Source of the DNA: Octopus vulgaris
Lineage: Eukaryota
DNA length: 64,000 nt
Assembly (NCBI GenBank): GCA_951406725.2
Contig: OX597828.1
Location: 186,001-250,000, forward strand
Reading direction: 5' to 3'
A program made the position numbers and the translations under genes. Shown in pieces: positions 1 to 11,944 of this stretch (within the stretch, counting starts at the first letter, position 1; each line of letters starts with the position of its first letter). The notes under the pieces are model-generated. The model searched no databases. It was given only the letters and a program-made list of their open reading frames with translations, and was not told where the DNA came from.

Positions 1-6
1 AACCAG

Positions 7-947
7 ACTAAGAAAAGCATTTGACACACACACCAGAATGTGAGTTTTCTGTAAATTTTGCTTAATTGGAGTTTAAATTTTAAAAACTGGACCTGGCATG
101 ACGCGATGCATTGTACTCTTAAAAATGCTAGGTAAATTGTAATTGAAGAAATCCTATATTGTAGATTTCTATAACTCCCAAAGGGAGGCAGATAAAATCT
201 GCCTTTTATAATAAGAGATGTGTGCATAGATGAATATATAAATACATTTATATATCTATATACACTTTTGGGCGATCTTTGTGCTACTTAGAGATAACTT
301 TAGATCTTATTTTCGTCCTAAAAAACTTTGTGCGGAGTGAATGGTTACGTCTATAGAAATATATACACACACATTATACATACATCTGTGTATAGATGAA
401 TATATAAATACATTTAAATATCTATATACACTTTTGGGCGCGATCTTTCTGCTACTTGGATATAGGTCTTATATTCGTCCTAAAAAGCTTTCCTATCACA
501 CACTCACGCACACGCACACACACACACACACCTTCACACACACACACACGCACACACAAACACACACTCACACACACGCACGTTAGCTTACAATTTTATT
601 TATATATTTGCGTGTCTATGTGTGTAAATAGGAAGTGGGAGGCAGAGTGAAAGAGTCACTCACTACAAAAAGTGAATTACTTTCATTTTATTCGTTGCAC
701 ACTGTGTGTGTGCGTTTGCGTGTGCTGTAGCCCGCACTAAGAAAAGCATTTGACTTATACACCACAATGTGAGTTTTCTCTAAATTTTGCTTAATTGGGG
801 TTGAAATTTTAAAAACTGGACCTGGCACGACCCGATGCATTCTACTCTTAAAAATGCTAGGTAAATTGTAATTGAAGAAATCCTATATTGTAGATTTCTA
901 TAAGATACAAAGGGAGGCAGATAAAATCTGCCTTTTATAATAAGAGA
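7..947 (-). mobile_element. Duplicated Helitron-like 5' termini (212-bp copies at 7-218 and 736-947)
   Basis: Two ~90% similar copies, each starting on the minus strand as A|TCTCTTATTATAAAAGGCAGATTTTATCTGCC (TC start after an A, TATTATAAA motif, GGCAGA/TCTGCC hairpin). A second internal duplication is seen at ~219-330 vs ~387-490. No 3' CTRR end or RepHel ORF seen. Confidence 0.55.
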
Positions 948-1302
948 TTCCTACCTAGTCACTGTTAAGATATATTTCAGGAGGGAAAGGGAGAGGTGAC
1001 CTGAGAAACAAACAGAAAGATTGCAGAGAAAATGTTCGTCATAGCTTTTGTGTTATCTTAGAATTCATGTCAATTCCTCTTTGGCCGAAGCCACGTGGCG
1101 TATTATCAGGCTTTTAATAGACAGACACATGGAATCCTTGTTAGATAATAAAATGCAAATTATTGTTTAAATTGTGTGGGAATTGTACGAATATCTTCTC
1201 TATATATGGATACACACACATACACACACACACACATACGTATTTACCCATACATAGCTATATATATATATACATATACAGTTGATATATATATATATGT
1301 TT

Positions 1303-1348
<46 letters not shown>

Positions 1349-1441
1349 ATGTAAAGGAAAATAAGATAAGGTAGAAAATACTAAAGTACTGTCTCTCTCT
1401 CTCTCTCTTTCTCTCTATTCCTTGTGAAATGATTTGACGAA

Positions 1442-1505
<64 letters not shown>

Positions 1506-1754
1506 CTGCCTGAAAACTATGGAAATATCTACAAAACGTTTCACTTAATTTTGTTCTACAATGACGGAAACCGACATTAAATGTACTTCATAATAAATTT
1601 ATTTTCTTGTCTTATTTTACCTTATACATATCAACTCGGGTGTTTTATTTCTACCTTAAAGGTATATATATATATATATACTTTGATACTTTGATACTTT
1701 GATGGGTTTCGGCCATTATTGGCCCAGGCCATGTCTAACTTAATAGCACCACCT

Positions 1755-1791
<37 letters not shown>

Positions 1792-2286
1792 CCCTTCACC
1801 GTTTTCTATGCTCTCTCCCCCCTCTCTTTTTCTCTCCTTCGTGGCTCAAACATGACCACCATCCATCTTTCTTTTCCCTCAGGACGTCCTAAAGACTGGA
1901 TGTCTTCTATTTCTCTATCTTTTCTCTTTCTAAAGAAAATATTTCTCCAGTGGTCGCTATTTTACTCTCGTTCTGGTCTAACGACTCTCCATGTTTGTTT
2001 TCATTTGGTTTCCTTGTATGACTCCATTGTCCTATTGTTGTTCCCAACTTTGACTCTCCATAAAGCCAATATTTTATTTTGGCATTTTTGGGAGCAACTG
2101 TCTTCGAAGACTCATATTGTTGATGAATTCTCGAAATGAAGAGTAGACAGTCGACAACTGGTGAAGGGTCGTTCTTCGTGTTACTTGTCCTGTTTTCCAT
2201 TTGTTTCTCTCGTTGCTTGCCTATTTAACTCATTTATTTTCTTGTTGGATACTGCTGGTGATGTCCTGTACCCATATATGCATATG

Positions 2287-2335
<49 letters not shown>

Positions 2336-2336
2336 T

Positions 2337-2374
<38 letters not shown>

Positions 2375-2375
2375 A

Positions 2376-2710
2376 AGGCGCATGGCTTAGTGGTTAGAGC
2401 GTCGAGCTTACAATCGTGAGGTTGTAAGCTCGAATCCCGGATCGGGCTGCGTGTTGTGTTCTTGAAGAAGACACTTTATTTTACGTTGCTCCAGTTCACT
2501 CAGCTATAGAAATGAGTTGCAACGTCACAGGTGCCAAGCTGTATCGGCCTTTGCCCTTCCTTGGATAACACTGGTGGCGTGGAGACGGGTGGCCGGTATG
2601 CATGGGCGACTACTGGTCTTCCATAAACAATCTTGCCCGGACTTGTGCCTAGGAGGGTAACTTTCTAGGTACAATCCCATGGTCAGTCATGACTGAAGGG
2701 GATATCAGCA
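2376..2710 (+). mobile_element. tRNA-derived SINE
   Basis: Head GGCGCATGGCTTAGTGGTTAGAGCG...GCTCGAATCCCG with A/B-box-like motifs, followed by the GTGTTGTGTTCTTGAAGAAGACACTT core. A related decayed copy lies near 38210-38480. Confidence 0.75.
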
Positions 2711-2723
2711 GCATATATATATG

Positions 2724-3982
2724 TGACAACCACAACAAGAAAACAGCTGTTCATGCAGGAATAAAAAATTGTGCCCGCTAAATGGAGCTTGCATGTCCGA
2801 GACCATCATCTATGAAGCTACTGTGGACTCTATAACCACTAAAGACACTGTTTCGACGAAGAAATACGTGGGCCTTACAGAGAGTAATTTGAAGGCCAGG
2901 TTCAATAACCGCACCTTGAGTTTTAGGCACTGGAACAAAAGAAAAGCGACAAAATTATCTAATCATATTTGGTCTTTAAAAGATAAAGGTGTCGATTACA
3001 ACATCCATTGGAAGATTTTGGCCAAATGTAAGCCCTACACCAACGGCAGCGGAAGGTGCGGTCTATGCGACATGGAGAGATGGCTTATCTGGGAAAGCAG
3101 CTTAGACCCTACTACATGTCTAAACTCAAGGACAGAACTTTTCGGATCATGCCCACATGTGACTAAATTTTTGTTACGTTTTTGGTCCCCTAAAGAAAAC
3201 AGATAGAACTTGCTTTCTATATTAAGTCCCAAAAAGTTTTTTTATCTCATTATACCTTTTATTATTTCATACATTTTTATATTTTCACACATATTAATTT
3301 TTTCTGTACTTTTCTATCCTGCATTTTTTCCTGTGCCTATATAGATGTGTATATAGATTCATTTGTACACGTGTGAATATGTATGAGTGGGCAGTTTTAG
3401 ATGTGTGGGTGTGTGCGGGCATAAGAATGCACACATATATATATAGACGTTTTTACTTAGTATTTTTCCATTTTTTTTTGGGGGGGGGGGACATATGTAT
3501 ATTCTTTTTTTGCATATGCGTGTGTATGTATGCGTATATAAATATGTGCGGGTATGTACATATATGGGCGTGTGTGTGTATGAGTGCATAGGAGCATGTC
3601 CGTATATAAACGTGGTTTTTATGCTTTGTATACTTCCTTATGTTTTTTTCTGTTACCTTTAACCATGGTTTTTCTTGTGCTTGTGCGTATATAGACGTAT
3701 GTATGAACTTTTACGGTACGCATGTGTGTGTGTATCAGTTTGTATATATATGCGTATATATTTGGCGAAAAATGCGAGTGAAGATGTGTAGGTTTTCATA
3801 GTGACGTATAAGTACGCACGTGGGTTCGCGAGCAGAATTATAACACAGTAATTTCCCTTTATATAACGGTATTTTTTCATAGCGTTTTTCAGATGGCCAG
3901 ATAACCGAAGAGATGGTGTTGTGGATTTCCACTTCGGCATCTGAAACTCAGAGTTTTATCTTGACTATTGAGTAAATGTAAC

Positions 3983-3985
<3 letters not shown>
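2724..3985 (+). mobile_element. 5'-truncated Penelope-like element: GIY-YIG endonuclease plus 3' pLTR
   Basis: Frame reads CSCRNKKLCPLNGAC..IIYEATV..KKYVGLTESNLKARF..TKLSNHIW..CGLC..LNSRTEL..CPH (stop at 3206). A hammerhead motif lies at 3900-3960 and the element is bounded by (TA)n. Confidence 0.85.
3900..3960 (+). ncRNA. Type I hammerhead ribozyme motif (U4C core variant)
   Basis: GATAA-CCGAAGA-stem II-GAAAC-TCAGA-GTT-TTATC. Stem I is GATAA/TTATC and stem III is near-palindromic. Confidence 0.6.
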
Positions 3986-4057
<72 letters not shown>

Positions 4058-4130
4058 ATATATATATCTTGCGGAGATGTACTTGCATAGCAAAGCAAGT
4101 GACCTGATCTGGGATCGTGTGCTGGAACGA

Positions 4131-4384
4131 AAACAATTGCAGTTTGGAAGTTGTTTATAAGCCATTTAAGATAGACACAAAAACCATTAGATTCACTTCA
4201 GCATTTAAATTTAATTTGCCAAAATATTTTCGTTGTTTGAGACCGCGACCTGGTCACTGACAAAATTCCGCGCTGCAAAGCGACGAAATATTTTGGTAAC
4301 TTAAATTTAAATCTTGAAGTGAATCTAACATTTTTTGTGCGTTTCTTAAATAGCTTATAAACACATTCCACGTTGCAGCTGTTT
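4131..4384. repeat. Degenerate fold-back, arms 4131-4239 and 4276-4384, probably a PLE pLTR relic
   Basis: The arms are imperfect reverse complements (TAGATTCACTTCA..AAAATATTT vs AAATATTTT..TGAAGTGAATCTA), flanked by (TA)n, with a GCGAC-GAAA hammerhead remnant. Confidence 0.65.
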
Positions 4385-4387
4385 ATA

Positions 4388-4423
<36 letters not shown>

Positions 4424-4553
4424 TGTATGTATGTATGTATGTATGTATGTATGTATGTATGTATGTATGTATGTATGTACGTACGTACGTACGTACGTAC
4501 GTACGTACGTATGTATGTATGTATGTATGTATGTATGTATGTATGTATGTATG

Positions 4554-4585
<32 letters not shown>

Positions 4586-4624
4586 TGTATATATATATGT
4601 ATGTATATATATATATATGTATGG

Positions 4625-4656
<32 letters not shown>

Positions 4657-4924
4657 ATATATGTTTGTATGTATGTATGTATGTATGTATATATATGTAT
4701 ATATGTATGTATGTATGTATATATATATGTATGTATATATATATATGTATGGATATATATATGTATGTATATATATATATATATGTATGTATGTATGTAT
4801 GTATATATATATATATATATGTATGTATATATATATATGTATGTATATATATATATATATGTATGTATATATATATATATATATGTATGTATATATATAT
4901 ATGTATGTATATTATATATATATG

Positions 4925-4987
<63 letters not shown>

Positions 4988-5029
4988 AATAAAAAATGGA
5001 GTTAACGCAGGTTTAAACAAGTATTTTTT

Positions 5030-5114
5030 CTTTCTACATATGTTTCAAAAATTCCACTGATACTTATTCAAAAGAATAAAAGGTATAAACAATGCAATCT
5101 TCTCTTCGGGAAAG
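5030..5114 (-). ncRNA. Type I hammerhead ribozyme motif in 3' pLTR
   Basis: CTTTC-CCGAAGA-long stem II-GAAAC-ATAT-GTA-GAAAG. The core has U4C. Confidence 0.7.
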
Positions 5115-5315
5115 TGAAAAAACGAAACTTGTCAATACGACATTTTCGCAAAAAATGATGGATTCGTATAGCGATAGACAGAACGCTATTAATATTGTTT
5201 AAAAAAACGTTATATGATATAACGTCATAAGTAGCTAACAGAAAGAGTAAGGATATTAATAGTGAATGTTAAATATAAAGGAAATTAAAGTCTAAACTAT
5301 ATATAATGATAGAGA

Positions 5316-7917
5316 CTACTTATATGCACTAAAAGTATGTTTTTGCCAATGCTTACATCTGTATGCTCGTTCTATAACCGTGTTTACTAGAGTATTTTTA
5401 GAAAAAATAATGAAAAATAGCTCAGAATTGCAGAGAAGACAGAATTTCTTGCCTTTGGCATATGGTATCGAAATTGAGAGGATCAACCATTCCAAATGAA
5501 ATTGTTCATTGTGGTCTTTTAAATTCCAAATCAGTTTGCTGAGACCGGTACTATTCCGTTTATTTCTATCCCTAAATGTTGAGTAATGGATAGAAATTCT
5601 CTTAGATAACTCTAACGATGTGCTTCCAATGTAAAATCGTACTTTATTACGAGTACTGATTATACACTGGTATATAGAATTTTTAATCTTAGAGTTACTT
5701 GACATAAATTTAATTCTATTGGGATTGACTTCAGATACAATAACCTTGTTATTAATATTTCTAGAGGGTTGGATGGTAGTAGCTAAATTAATGTTAGTAT
5801 TAGTAAATGTATTAATATTTAAAAGTTTGTTATTATGAGAAGATATAATTTGCAAGAGATTTTTTGTGTTTGAAAAACCTATCCTAACTCCTAACCTTAT
5901 GTGAATTAATTATCGAGTAATATCTAGAATTATTTGGAAAATTCCTAGCAATAGCTTGACGAAACAGCAGTGGGAGATTTGATTTAATTTGTCTCCCGTA
6001 AGGAATTATTAACCAAATATTTTTACTAGTATTCATAGCGTAATTACTTTTGAAGGTGTTATATTTACTTTTAGATCGGTAATAGGGGAATAAATAAGGG
6101 TTATCTGCCTTCATTCGCTTTGTATCGGTGCGTAAGTTATGTTTGTTATCAATAATTCTTTTACGACTAGAAATCTTATCTACATTATTGAATTTACAAT
6201 TAGACTGAGCAGAATCAATGTAGAAAATTTTTTCTGTATAACCTGCTTTGATTAAAGCAGAGTTATAGAATTCAGCGTTATTATTGAAAATATCAGCATT
6301 AGCAGATAATTTAGATAATCTAAATGAAATATTCTTAACTAAATTCTTAGTAATTGCTCCAGGATGATTACTAAATTTGCTAATGTACTTAAGATTGGTC
6401 AACGGTTTATGATATGGGAAGTAAGAGTCACTGTGTAAATTAAGCGTAGTATCTAAAAAGTTGGCCTTCGTCAGATCGTCATCAAAAACGATTTTTAAGC
6501 CCATTCTACTGAAAAAATTAACTAAACTGTTCTTAACTTTCTGTACCTTTTGGTTAGAAACATTTTGGAGGTAAAGTAAACAATCATCACGATATAGACC
6601 TCCATAAATGTTAGGGAACTCTTCTGCCATTTCAAAAAGAATATATATACAGACCAAATCAGCTATCTGTGCTGAATCAGAACTTCCCATAGGTATATCG
6701 AAACTATCTGGTGTGTCTTTACGGACCCACAACTTATCATCAAATTTAATAATAGATCTTCTGGCTGCCAACACAACATTAATTTCTTCTCGGGTGAGAC
6801 CAGCTTTGTTATGAGCAAGCCAAAGTGCCTTATTAAGTACTATTGGATTAATAGACGAATAAAAATTGGAAATATCAAACTGGATAAACTTCGTACTCAC
6901 CTTACTGTTAATAGACCTAAACCAGTCAACTACGTCAAATGAATTAGTCCATAAACTAAGTTTTAATGTTTTGATTAGATTAGGAATATATTTATCTAGT
7001 ATATTTTTACTAAGGATACCGATGTCAGAGCTAGAAGGGCAGATAAGCCTTAATGATGGGTTAGTAAAAAAATTTGGTTTGTGATCCTTCAAAATAAACC
7101 TAGGTTGCTTAGGAACAAGTGGTTCTGTCTTCATTTGTAGGTTATATTTCTCCATGATTTTCATAGCCTCGAAGTTGGCTATATATATATGTGTGTGTGT
7201 GTGTGTGTATGTGGGTGTGTGTATGTATGCATGTATGTGTGTTTATATATATATATATATACAGAGAGAGAGTGAGAGAGAGAAAGTGAGAGACAGATAT
7301 GTATGTATGCATACATTTATGTGTATGAGTGAAGTGCAGTGTGCATCTGTGTTAGTGCGCGCATGAATTTAAATTCAATACATGAATTCGTAAGTAGACT
7401 CTCTAAGAAACACGTTTAGAAAGCGCGCGAGAAGGCGGAGAGAAAGGAATGGTCAGATACTTTTATCAGCAATTTTATACTTTTTCTGAATTTCTTTTTC
7501 AAGTAATTCCAAATAATAGTCTTTATAAAGTTTGTACAGATTTCCAGTCTTATCAGATTGAACCAACATAGTATCCATAGAATTGATTTCTTTGGTAATG
7601 TTGCGAAGATACCTCAGATGTTTATTTCTTAGTGGTGACCGTTGAAATTTTACATTTCTCACAATGGACCAGAGATCATCTTCAAATTGCTTCAACCTTG
7701 GGTTAGGCGGCGGACTATTTTTAGATTTAAATAACTTGCTGAACTCAGATGTTTTATCATTAGTGTGTTGTTGAGTGTCATTTTTGTCAAAGAAAAAGGT
7801 AAGCCATCTTATTCGGTTGATGAATGAATTAATCTTATTGACAAGTTGTTTAAGGAAAACATTCTGAGGTGGAATAGGAATGTCCTTAAGAGATGCGTTA
7901 ATATTCAATAACTCCAT
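5316..7917 (-). pseudogene. PLE RT/GIY-YIG polyprotein, disrupted by two lesions
   Basis: A 281-bp foreign insert at 7180-7460 and a 7-bp tandem duplication TCCTAAC (5882-5895). Removing the duplication restores KVRIGFSNTKNLLQIISSHNNK. Confidence 0.88.
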
Positions 7918-8166
7918 ATGCTGTAACTATTCAGTTAGCAGGTTATTAATAAACCTGATTAAAGTATTATAAATAGATGAGTGTATTTTACCTTGTTAAC
8001 AATTAACACGGATAAATGAATGAATAGTTACCAGGGCAGCAAAAATCTCACAAGTAAAGATGTTGTAACTCCTTGTTTATAAAGGTTGAAACTTTGTGTT
8101 TACGTTGAATATTTGAATAATAGGAATAAAAAATGGAGTTAACGCAGGTTTAAACAAGTATTTTTT

Positions 8167-8251
8167 CTTTCTACATATGTTTCAAAAATTCCACTGATAC
8201 TTATTCAAAAGAATAAAAGGTATAAACAATGCAATCTTCTCTTCGGGAAAG
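8167..8251 (-). ncRNA. Type I hammerhead ribozyme motif in 5' pLTR
   Basis: Same sequence as 5030-5114, 3137 bp away. Confidence 0.7.
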
Positions 8252-8358
8252 TGAAAAAACGAAACTTGTCAATACGACATTTTCGCAAAAAATGATGGAT
8301 TCGTATAGCGATAGACAGAACGCTATTAATATACATACATGCATATATATATACATAC

Positions 8359-8390
<32 letters not shown>

Positions 8391-9487
8391 ATGTGGGTGT
8401 GTGTATGTATGCATGTATGTGTGTTTATATATATATATATATACAGAGAGAGAGTGAGAGAGAGAAAGTGAGAGACAGATATGTATGTATGCATACATTT
8501 ATGTGTATGAGTGAAGTGCAGTGTGCATCTGTGTTAGTGCGCGCATGAATTTAAATTCAATACATGAATTCGTAAGTAGACTCTCTAAGAAACACGTTTA
8601 GAAAGCGCGCGAGAAGGCGGAGAGAAAGGAATGGTCAGATACAGAGTGAGAACAATCAAATATCCAACACATTTTGCGGTTTCTTAAAGTTCATATCAAT
8701 TCCTCTTTAGTCGGAGCCATGTGACCTATTGTCAAGCTTAGGTGAAAGATACACGAGTTCTTTATAAGATAATGAAAACATGCTAATTACGGTTGAAATT
8801 TGTGTGGGAAATGCACTGGTGAACTCTCTGTATAATGAATATATATATATATGCACGCGTGTGCCTGTGTGTATGTGTGTGTGTACGTACACACACACAC
8901 ATTGTTGTAATGGAGCTCTTTTTATTAATTTATTGAAAACAATGCTCCAGCTAAGCCTTCGCTTCCTATGCATCTGGTTTACTTTTCCCGTGCAGCTTTT
9001 TAACCACAAACTGTTTCGTTTCCTGTTTTCGCAAATAGAAAAGATTTTTTTTTTTGAGATTTTATTTTTTTCTATAGTTGTTAAGTTTTTGTAAATTGAA
9101 TTAAATGATATTTTATAAAGCAACATACTTTAAAAGTTCTATTATTTCTTTTAATTGCTCGAAAGAGCACTACATATACTTACTGCATCTCGCTGTTGTA
9201 TAATTTGCGTCTAATTGCGTTCATTAAAATATTTGAACTCGCCCCTCAATACTAACGAAAAGCACTCGTCAAATTTACAGCACATCCACGCTTTAGAGTC
9301 GTTGTTACTGTTGTTGATGTTATTGTTTAACCCCTGGTCAGCTCTGACCGAGTAAATATACGATAAAAGGCCTTCCGACGTTGTCGACCCATTGTTTTTT
9401 TTTTTTTTTTAATTGTACTGTAATGTAATTTGGTGCATTTATATTCTACTGGTATCCTTTTCCTTTTTTGATATTGTTATTACTATT

Positions 9488-10019
9488 GAGTGAGAGAGCA
9501 GTGCATGCCATCAAAGTGACACTGGGGTAAAATATACAAAGCCCAGCATACCCATCATGACTACCCGTCTGATAACGGTACACTAGGTACACGCATCACA
9601 AACATATGTGCGCGACATGGTGATCTCATATCAAGATAAACAGCGCATGACCTTGCAGGTGGGGCCCAGTTAGAATTTTCTTCAGGTTGAGTAGCCCATT
9701 CCACTCAAAAGGTCCTTGAATAAGGGTTGTTTATGATGAACAAATCACTCATGGTTCCAGAGGAGTATTATTCAAACCCCAAAGAATTCCTCTCAACACA
9801 CGGCTATGATGATTCCATGATTCTCCCACGGCTTCTGCTCGTGATCATCCACCAAAGAACAGGCTCAGCTGATTAAGGTCAAACAACTGACAAGCAAATC
9901 TGGGGTATTGAGCAGAATTTTTGCTGTAACCCAGCTTTTATACTAAGACAAAACATGTGCACTTCCAATTAGTTAAGATCAGAAGCCATGAGAGCCACTG
10001 CCTGGTACCGCATCAGAGC

Positions 10020-10020
<1 letters not shown>
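9488..10020. mobile_element. Non-coding interspersed repeat in (ATT)n, second partial copy at 28990-29124
   Basis: TGAGTGAGAGAGCAGTGCATGCCATCAAAGTGACACTGGGG... is shared by both loci, and both are flanked by (ATT)n. Confidence 0.6.
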
Positions 10021-10059
<39 letters not shown>

Positions 10060-10060
10060 G

Positions 10061-10117
<57 letters not shown>

Positions 10118-10340
10118 ACGCTGTGAGCTGGGAGAATCGTTAGCACGCCGGGTGAAATGTTTAGCGGTATTTCGTCTGTCTTTATGTTCTGAGTTCAAAT
10201 TCCGCTGGGGTAGAATTTGCTTTTCATCCTTTCGGGGTCGTTAAATTGAGTACTGGGGTCGATGCGATCGACTGTCCTCCTCTCCACAAAATCCAGTCTA
10301 TAGTAGAAACGATGAAATTATTATTATTATTATTATTATT

Positions 10341-11706
10341 TTCATTAGCATCTTTCGATTCTGTTTCCATTTCTTGCCGAGTGTCTTCCTGACACAAAGG
10401 GCAGAGAAGCGTACTGTATACATTGGTAGGCCATTAAACAAACACACCAGATTATTCATTCACAGAGTCATGTGACAGAGAAAAGGGGAAAGACAGAAAG
10501 AAAAAGGAAAAAATAAAAACAATGAAAAGTAAACAAATAAAATAAAGTGGGAGTGGGAGGAAAGACAATTCACAGCAACAATGCTCTTCTCAATACGTGT
10601 GACCAGTTACCAATGCATGGATGGTAAGCCAGGGATCATTCGTAAATAATTTTCAATTCCTTTTATAATCATTCCAAGTGCTCCTACATTCACTGGTATT
10701 GTAACCGTCCTGAGATACCACACCTTTTCAATTTCGATTACCAAATATTTATATTTTCCGAGCTTTTCAAATTCTTTTGCTGAGATGTTGTGGTCACAGG
10801 ATTTGCTCATGTCAATCAATAAACAGACTTTATTGCTTTGGTCTTTCACAACAATATCTGGTTTATTTGTTTTGATGGTCTGGTCTGTACATACTGCAAA
10901 GTCTCAAAGAATAGTTACATTTTCTCCCTCAGTTACAACCTCAGAGTGGTGCTTGTACCATTTGTCAGCAGTTTTGATGGAGATATTGTCCAGATTTGTC
11001 ATGTATTGATTTGTACTCTCCAAGTCCTAAAACCTTACACCTAGAGATTAGGTGGTCCACTGTTTCTATCCCATCGTTGCAGTATCGGAACTTTGAGTCT
11101 ACTCCATTTTTCATCACATTGGCTTGATACTTCCGAGTCAATAAGCTCTGATCTTGAGCAGGCAAGATAAAGCCTTCACTCCCTGCCTATAGCCCGGAGC
11201 TCTGTAGCCACTGATGGGCGTGCTTCTCGTGTTCATCAGCTTGTTTGTCACGGGCCACATATTTGTCATGTTCTTCCCACCAATCAGTTCGAGCGTATTT
11301 TGCTTTGCAATTGATTTCACCTTTTCAACTGCACTTCCATCATGCTGTTCAACCTGGATATCATGCATAAACTCACTTGAAAATTTTTGGCTTTCCTTCA
11401 TAACTGAATGAAGCTTCTTATGTCTATCATGGTTTTCAACGAGTCGTTAGATGTTTCAAGATATTTTACCAGTCCAATTGTGGTGATTTTGTAAAAGATT
11501 TCAAATTGGATCAATCCTCGACCTCCTTGAGCTCTGGGTAGGTAAAGACGATCTGCCTCTGCCTTTGGGTGGTGCATTTTATTGCAAGTCAGCAGCTTAC
11601 GGATTTTCCAGTCAATCTTCCTTATTTCGCTCATATTCCAGTTCAACACATTGAAAATGTAAATAACAAACCGGAACTACTAAGGAATTTATAGCTAACA
11701 CCTTGT
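10341..11706 (-). mobile_element. 5'-truncated Dong/R4-like non-LTR retrotransposon (decayed)
   Basis: Fragments HHPKAEADRLYLPRAQGGRGL, AQDQSLLTR..ETVDHLISRC and DQSNKVCLLID..IEKVW..GALG, with multiple frameshifts. Flanked by (ATT)n on both sides. Confidence 0.85.
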
Positions 11707-11720
11707 TATTATTATTATTA

Positions 11721-11752
<32 letters not shown>

Positions 11753-11822
11753 ATGTTTGTTTCATTTATATATATTTATGTGTGTGTGTGTGTGTAAAAA
11801 CCATAATTATATCTATTTTCAG

Positions 11823-11888
11823 ACTTACATCGCCGATGTCCTGGTGTCAGTTAACCCTTTCCAACCACTCGACTGCTACACCAATGAG
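11823..11888 (+). CDS. Myosin motor domain (class III-like) exon A: TYIADVLVSVNPFQPLDCYTNE
   Basis: ttttcAG / GTacgt, phase 0-0, canonical TY..lvsVNPF motif. Confidence 0.9.
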
Positions 11889-11944
11889 GTACGTAAAAGA
11901 ATATTCTTTCTAAAGAACTGCCATACACCACATGAACATATAAA

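Larger units (their letters stand above)
4983..8332 (-). mobile_element. Near full-length Penelope-like retroelement (RT + C-terminal GIY-YIG) with 213-bp direct pLTRs
   Basis: Direct repeats at 4983-5195 and 8120-8332. ORF pieces: 7917-7453 (SLKDIPIP..RIRW..SDKTGNLY), 7164-5884 (LKDHKPNF, FDISNFYSSI, PMGSSDS, GGLYRDD, FLD, SNHP) and 5855-5316 (IYQC..FYIGST..R..H, CLLC, CKH). Inserted in (TA)n/(TATG)n. Confidence 0.93.

Noticed and set aside
4355-5060. Long YI/YV/CM/HT-repeat ORFs (also at 12282-12690, 32604-33169, 42256-42584 and many others)
   Set aside because: These are stop-free translations of (TA)n, (TATG)n and (CA)n microsatellites with no coding evidence.
2724-7917. Selenocysteine (in-frame UGA) recoding, as described for some Naiad PLEs
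   Set aside because: No in-frame TGA at conserved Cys positions in the PLE ORFs; the TGA at 2724 is at the truncation junction. No SECIS identified by eye.
1-11822. Upstream myosin or kinase exons
   Set aside because: No exon with recognisable motif and splice signals was found; presumed to lie outside the window.
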